A DNA stretch of 10,552 nt, taken from contig JAEOUE010000100.1 in assembly GCA_016839515.1 (NCBI GenBank), positions 1 to 10,552 of the forward strand. Direction: 5' to 3'. Under the pieces are notes generated by a model. The model was not told the origin of the DNA and did not search any database. It saw only the letters and a program-made list of their open reading frames with translations. The DNA is from Candidatus Hodarchaeum mangrovi. Lineage in GTDB: Archaea; Asgardarchaeota; Heimdallarchaeia; Hodarchaeales; Hodarchaeaceae. Below are positions 7,346 to 10,552 of this stretch, piece after piece. Within the stretch, counting starts at the first letter, position 1. Every line of letters begins with the position of its first letter. A program made the translations under genes and the position numbers.

Positions 7346-8416
7346 TTAAGTTTCGTAGGTTAAAATAAAACGTTCTACCTGTTTAATGGATTGTATTCGG
7401 ATAAAATGTTTAACGAGGAGATAAAATTTACTGATAAATGCTAATATAAAAAAAGTAATAAAATAATACTTGAATTCTGTATAGATAGACAGAAGCCATA
7501 TGTTATTAAATGATACAATAGAAAGAAATGAGTTAATCAATCCCCAAAAAGCTAAGGCAATAAAACTATCTGGATTTTCCCAAAGAAAATTATAATGAAC
7601 CAAATTAAAGAAAGAAATGAGGCCAGTTTCTAAAATCACGAAAATACCTATAGGGAATGCGAGAATTAAAATTGCAGGAATATTAACGCTAAAATTCTGT
7701 TTAATTCTGATCTGTTTTACGAATGCAATCAAATGATTCTCCGAGGTTTGATATAATTCACCTATTAGGATAAATGGTAAAAAAAGTTCAACAAAAACAA
7801 TGATATTAACTATCATAGGAAGAATTACCTGAAGGAGTAGAGGGAAAATAATCATTATTACCACAGGATAATTTAATGATCCTTCCTTGAATGAATCAAA
7901 GGCATTTGAAAGAATTGAATGTTGTTTATCAGAGAATCGAAGGATTAATTTTTCTTTCAAAATCACTTGTTTTATAAAAATAAGAAAAAAGAACAGAATT
8001 AGAAAATAAAAATAGCTAAATAATTCAAAGAAATCTAAATTTTCAAATATTTGAACTAAATTTTGAAGAGAAATTCCTTTCAAAATGAAAATAACTGCTT
8101 GATCACCATAAGCGATCATTAATACAAATAAGGTGAATCCCAATCCTGTAAGAATTGATATCAGTTTTATCAGTTGAATTTGGAAAATTTCTTTCCTTTT
8201 TATTGTTGGAGATAGGAGAAAGTAAATAAAAAATAGTAAAATGGCTATAAAATATAAGAAATAGAATGAAATCCAATTAGAAGTAATAAAGAAGATATAA
8301 AAAAAGATTATGAGGATTATGATACTAGAAAAGACGATGGTCATTTCAATGATTTTAAATTTCACCGAATTTTTCTGAACCTCTGGGACTATGGTTTCGG
8401 AGTGTTGATTTGCCAT
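7346..8416 (-). CDS. Hypothetical multi-pass membrane protein (roughly 8-9 hydrophobic segments by eye)
   Basis: 356-codon open frame despite very AT-rich DNA. F/I/L-rich segments. ATG preceded by AAGGTGAT. Starts 19 nt after the dppC stop. No family motif recognised. Confidence 0.75.
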   Translation of the reverse strand: MANQHSETIVPEVQKNSVKFKIIEMTIVFSSIIILIIFFYIFFITSNWISFYFLYFIAILLFFIYFLLSPTIKRKEIFQIQLIKLISILTGLGFTLFVLMIAYGDQAVIFILKGISLQNLVQIFENLDFFELFSYFYFLILFFFLIFIKQVILKEKLILRFSDKQHSILSNAFDSFKEGSLNYPVVIMIIFPLLLQVILPMIVNIIVFVELFLPFILIGELYQTSENHLIAFVKQIRIKQNFSVNIPAILILAFPIGIFVILETGLISFFNLVHYNFLWENPDSFIALAFWGLINSFLSIVSFNNIWLLSIYTEFKYYFITFFILAFISKFYLLVKHFIRIQSIKQVERFILTYET

Positions 8417-8424
8417 ATTTTATC

Positions 8425-8432
8425 ATCACCTT
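8425..8432 (-). promoter_or_regulatory. Archaeal-type ribosome-binding site of the membrane-protein gene
   Basis: Minus-strand AAGGTGAT, 8 nt upstream of ATG 8416. Confidence 0.7.
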
Positions 8433-8435
8433 CTT

Positions 8436-9380
8436 TTACTTTTTAAATCTAGGATCAAATGCTTCTCGTAAACCATCGCCTACTAAATTAAATGATATTA
8501 CTGTTAATAGAATTGCCATTCCAGGGAAAAAAGTTAAGTGAGGTGCAGCAGCAAAAAATTTCCTTCCATCTCCAATCATGGAACCCCACTCAGCGGTTGG
8601 AGCTTGAGCGCCTAATCCAAGAAAACTTAACGCAGCAACTTCCAAAATAGCAGTTCCTACTCCTAAAGTAGAATAGACAATTAATACACCAAACACATTT
8701 GGAAGAATGTGTTGGGTTAAAATCCGTGGGGTTTTAGCTCCTAGAACCTTTGCTGCTTCAACATACATCAATTCACGTTCAACAAAAGTTTGACCTCTTA
8801 CAATTCGTGCATAATAGGGGATATAAACAATGCCCACAGCGAGCATTGCATTTTCTAAACTGCTTCCCATTAATGATAATATCGCTAAAGCTAGTAATAT
8901 TGCTGGAAAAGCCAGTAACATCTCTAAACCCATTGAAATAATAGAATCAATCCAACTACCATAATATCCTGCTAGTAATCCAATTAATGTTCCCACTGAT
9001 AATGAAACAAAGACAGCTATAAAGCCTACTGTAATGGAAATACGAGCACCATAAATAATACGAACAAAAATATCACGTCCAACGTTATCTGTTCCAAAAA
9101 AATGCTTTGGTGATGGAGTTTGAAAACTTCTTGACACAGGATCGTTTGGGCCATAAGGAAAGATAGGAATGTTAAAAAAATTGAATAACATTTCATCGAG
9201 AAGTGATATAATTGCTAAAATAATAAAGAAACCTAAAATGCCTAATCCAACAAGTGCTGCTTGATTACGTCGAAATCTCTTGAAGATTACACTCCATGTT
9301 GTCGCTCCCGAAATTTCATCTAGTTTACTATCTGATTCATCTTCAAATTTCCCAATTTTAGCAACCTTAAGACTTCTCAT
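8436..9380 (-). CDS. dppC: Dipeptide/oligopeptide ABC transporter permease (DppC/OppC)
   Basis: N-terminal RFRRNQAAL, HFFGTDNVGRDIF, GARISITVG, EAA loop YVEAAKVLGA, HILPN, LSFLGLG, EWG and NLVGDGLREAFDPR. Starts 3 nt after the dppB stop. Confidence 0.95.
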   Translation of the reverse strand: MRSLKVAKIGKFEDESDSKLDEISGATTWSVIFKRFRRNQAALVGLGILGFFIILAIISLLDEMLFNFFNIPIFPYGPNDPVSRSFQTPSPKHFFGTDNVGRDIFVRIIYGARISITVGFIAVFVSLSVGTLIGLLAGYYGSWIDSIISMGLEMLLAFPAILLALAILSLMGSSLENAMLAVGIVYIPYYARIVRGQTFVERELMYVEAAKVLGAKTPRILTQHILPNVFGVLIVYSTLGVGTAILEVAALSFLGLGAQAPTAEWGSMIGDGRKFFAAAPHLTFFPGMAILLTVISFNLVGDGLREAFDPRFKK

Positions 9381-9383
9381 TGA

Positions 9384-10469
9384 TTAATCCCTCTTAAAAT
9401 ACCGTACTCTCGGATCCAAATAGGCATAGATAATGTCTGTTGCCATATTTGTAACGACAAATATGAAGGCACTAATCATGACGAATCCCATAATAACTGG
9501 GAAATCTCTATCTTGAATACTATTCCAAATATATCCTCCTACCCCTGGCCAAGAAAAAATAGTTTCAGTTAAAACTGCTCCTGCTAACAGTGCTCCAAAA
9601 TTTAAGCCAATTACTGTAATAGTTGGAATCATCGCATTTTTTGTAACATGTTTTACTATTACTAACCTTTCTTTAAGACCCTTTGAGCGAGCTGTTCTAA
9701 CATAATCTTTTCCAAGTTCCTCAAGCATACTAGATCGCATCATTCTAGCAATTACAGCTAAGGGAATAGTTGCTAATGCCAAAGAAGGTAAAACAAGATG
9801 GTTTGTTGCTGAAAGGAAATACTCCCAGTTACCTTCCATTATTCCTACTACAAAAGAATCAATAAGATAAAAATTTGTATATTTCGGAAGTGAAGCACTT
9901 AAATGGGAATCTATTCTATGTGTTGCTTCAAACCATCCGAGATTGTTAAAAAATACGCTTTGCAGCATTAATCCTAACCAATAAATTGGCATACTAACCC
10001 CCAATAATGCAATTATCATCGTAAGGTAATCTATTCGTGAGTGTTGTTTATAGGCTGATAATATTCCAATAGGAATTCCTGCAATTGTTGCAAGTAATAT
10101 TGATACTAATGTTAATTCAATCGTTGCAGGGAATCGAATTCCTAACTCATAAGCAACTGGAGTTGAAGAAATCATTGAAATTCCCAAATCAAATTCAAAA
10201 AGTAATTTTTGCATAAAAATTAAATATTGCTCCCAAGCTGGCTTGTCTAAACCCCATTTTTGTCTAATTAATTCGAGTTTTTCAGGCCTAGGATCTTTTC
10301 CTGCTAATGTATTTGCAACATCCCCTGGAAGTAACCGGAATAGGATAAAAACAATAGTTGCCACCCCAATTAAAACTGGTATCGCCCTAAGGATACGTTT
10401 TATTGCAAATTTTAAAAAGTCAGTAGTTGTTTCAGTGGAGGATTCAATTTTTTCAGACATATTAACCAT
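9384..10469 (-). CDS. dppB: Dipeptide/oligopeptide ABC transporter permease (DppB/OppB)
   Basis: LPGD, WGLDKP, RFPATIEL, GVSMPIYWLG, HLVLP, EAA loop DYVRTARSKGL, ETIFSWPGVG, RDFPV and DIIYAYLDPRVR. The start could be ATG 10469 or ATG 10460. Confidence 0.95.
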   Translation of the reverse strand: MVNMSEKIESSTETTTDFLKFAIKRILRAIPVLIGVATIVFILFRLLPGDVANTLAGKDPRPEKLELIRQKWGLDKPAWEQYLIFMQKLLFEFDLGISMISSTPVAYELGIRFPATIELTLVSILLATIAGIPIGILSAYKQHSRIDYLTMIIALLGVSMPIYWLGLMLQSVFFNNLGWFEATHRIDSHLSASLPKYTNFYLIDSFVVGIMEGNWEYFLSATNHLVLPSLALATIPLAVIARMMRSSMLEELGKDYVRTARSKGLKERLVIVKHVTKNAMIPTITVIGLNFGALLAGAVLTETIFSWPGVGGYIWNSIQDRDFPVIMGFVMISAFIFVVTNMATDIIYAYLDPRVRYFKRD

Positions 10470-10552
10470 CTAAGAATATATAATATAGAAGTTAGCCTTG
10501 ATTTACCCGATTAACTATAATTTCATAATAGTTGCTAGACTAAACTAAATTA

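Noticed and set aside
5124-7347. AAGAAGAC in inverted orientation on both sides of dppA as possible inversion ends
   Set aside because: Only 8 bp, which is expected by chance, and there is no recombinase in the window.
8750-10473. Plus-strand ORFs 8750-8941 and 10243-10473
   Set aside because: Antisense shadows of dppC and dppB.

Overview
AT-rich, archaeal-looking window: GGTGAT/AGGAGA-type ribosome-binding sites, an oligo-T terminator, and C-terminally anchored surface proteins rich in N-glycosylation sequons. An Asgard/Heimdallarchaeia origin is a guess, not established. The window holds a complete Dpp/Opp-family peptide ABC importer: dppB-dppC plus an unknown multi-pass membrane gene on the minus strand, dppA on the plus strand and dppD-dppF on the minus strand. 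It also holds a HAD-family hydrolase and a second family-5 substrate-binding protein (1813 to beyond the left edge, minus strand) that the ORF track missed. Main observation: both substrate-binding proteins are circularly permuted relative to canonical DppA/OppA. The normal C-terminal third follows the signal peptide, and the normal N-terminal two-thirds come after it. In the complete copy the new C-terminus is fused almost directly to a membrane anchor. The dppD/dppA divergent intergenic region carries two different pairs of palindromic operator-like motifs.
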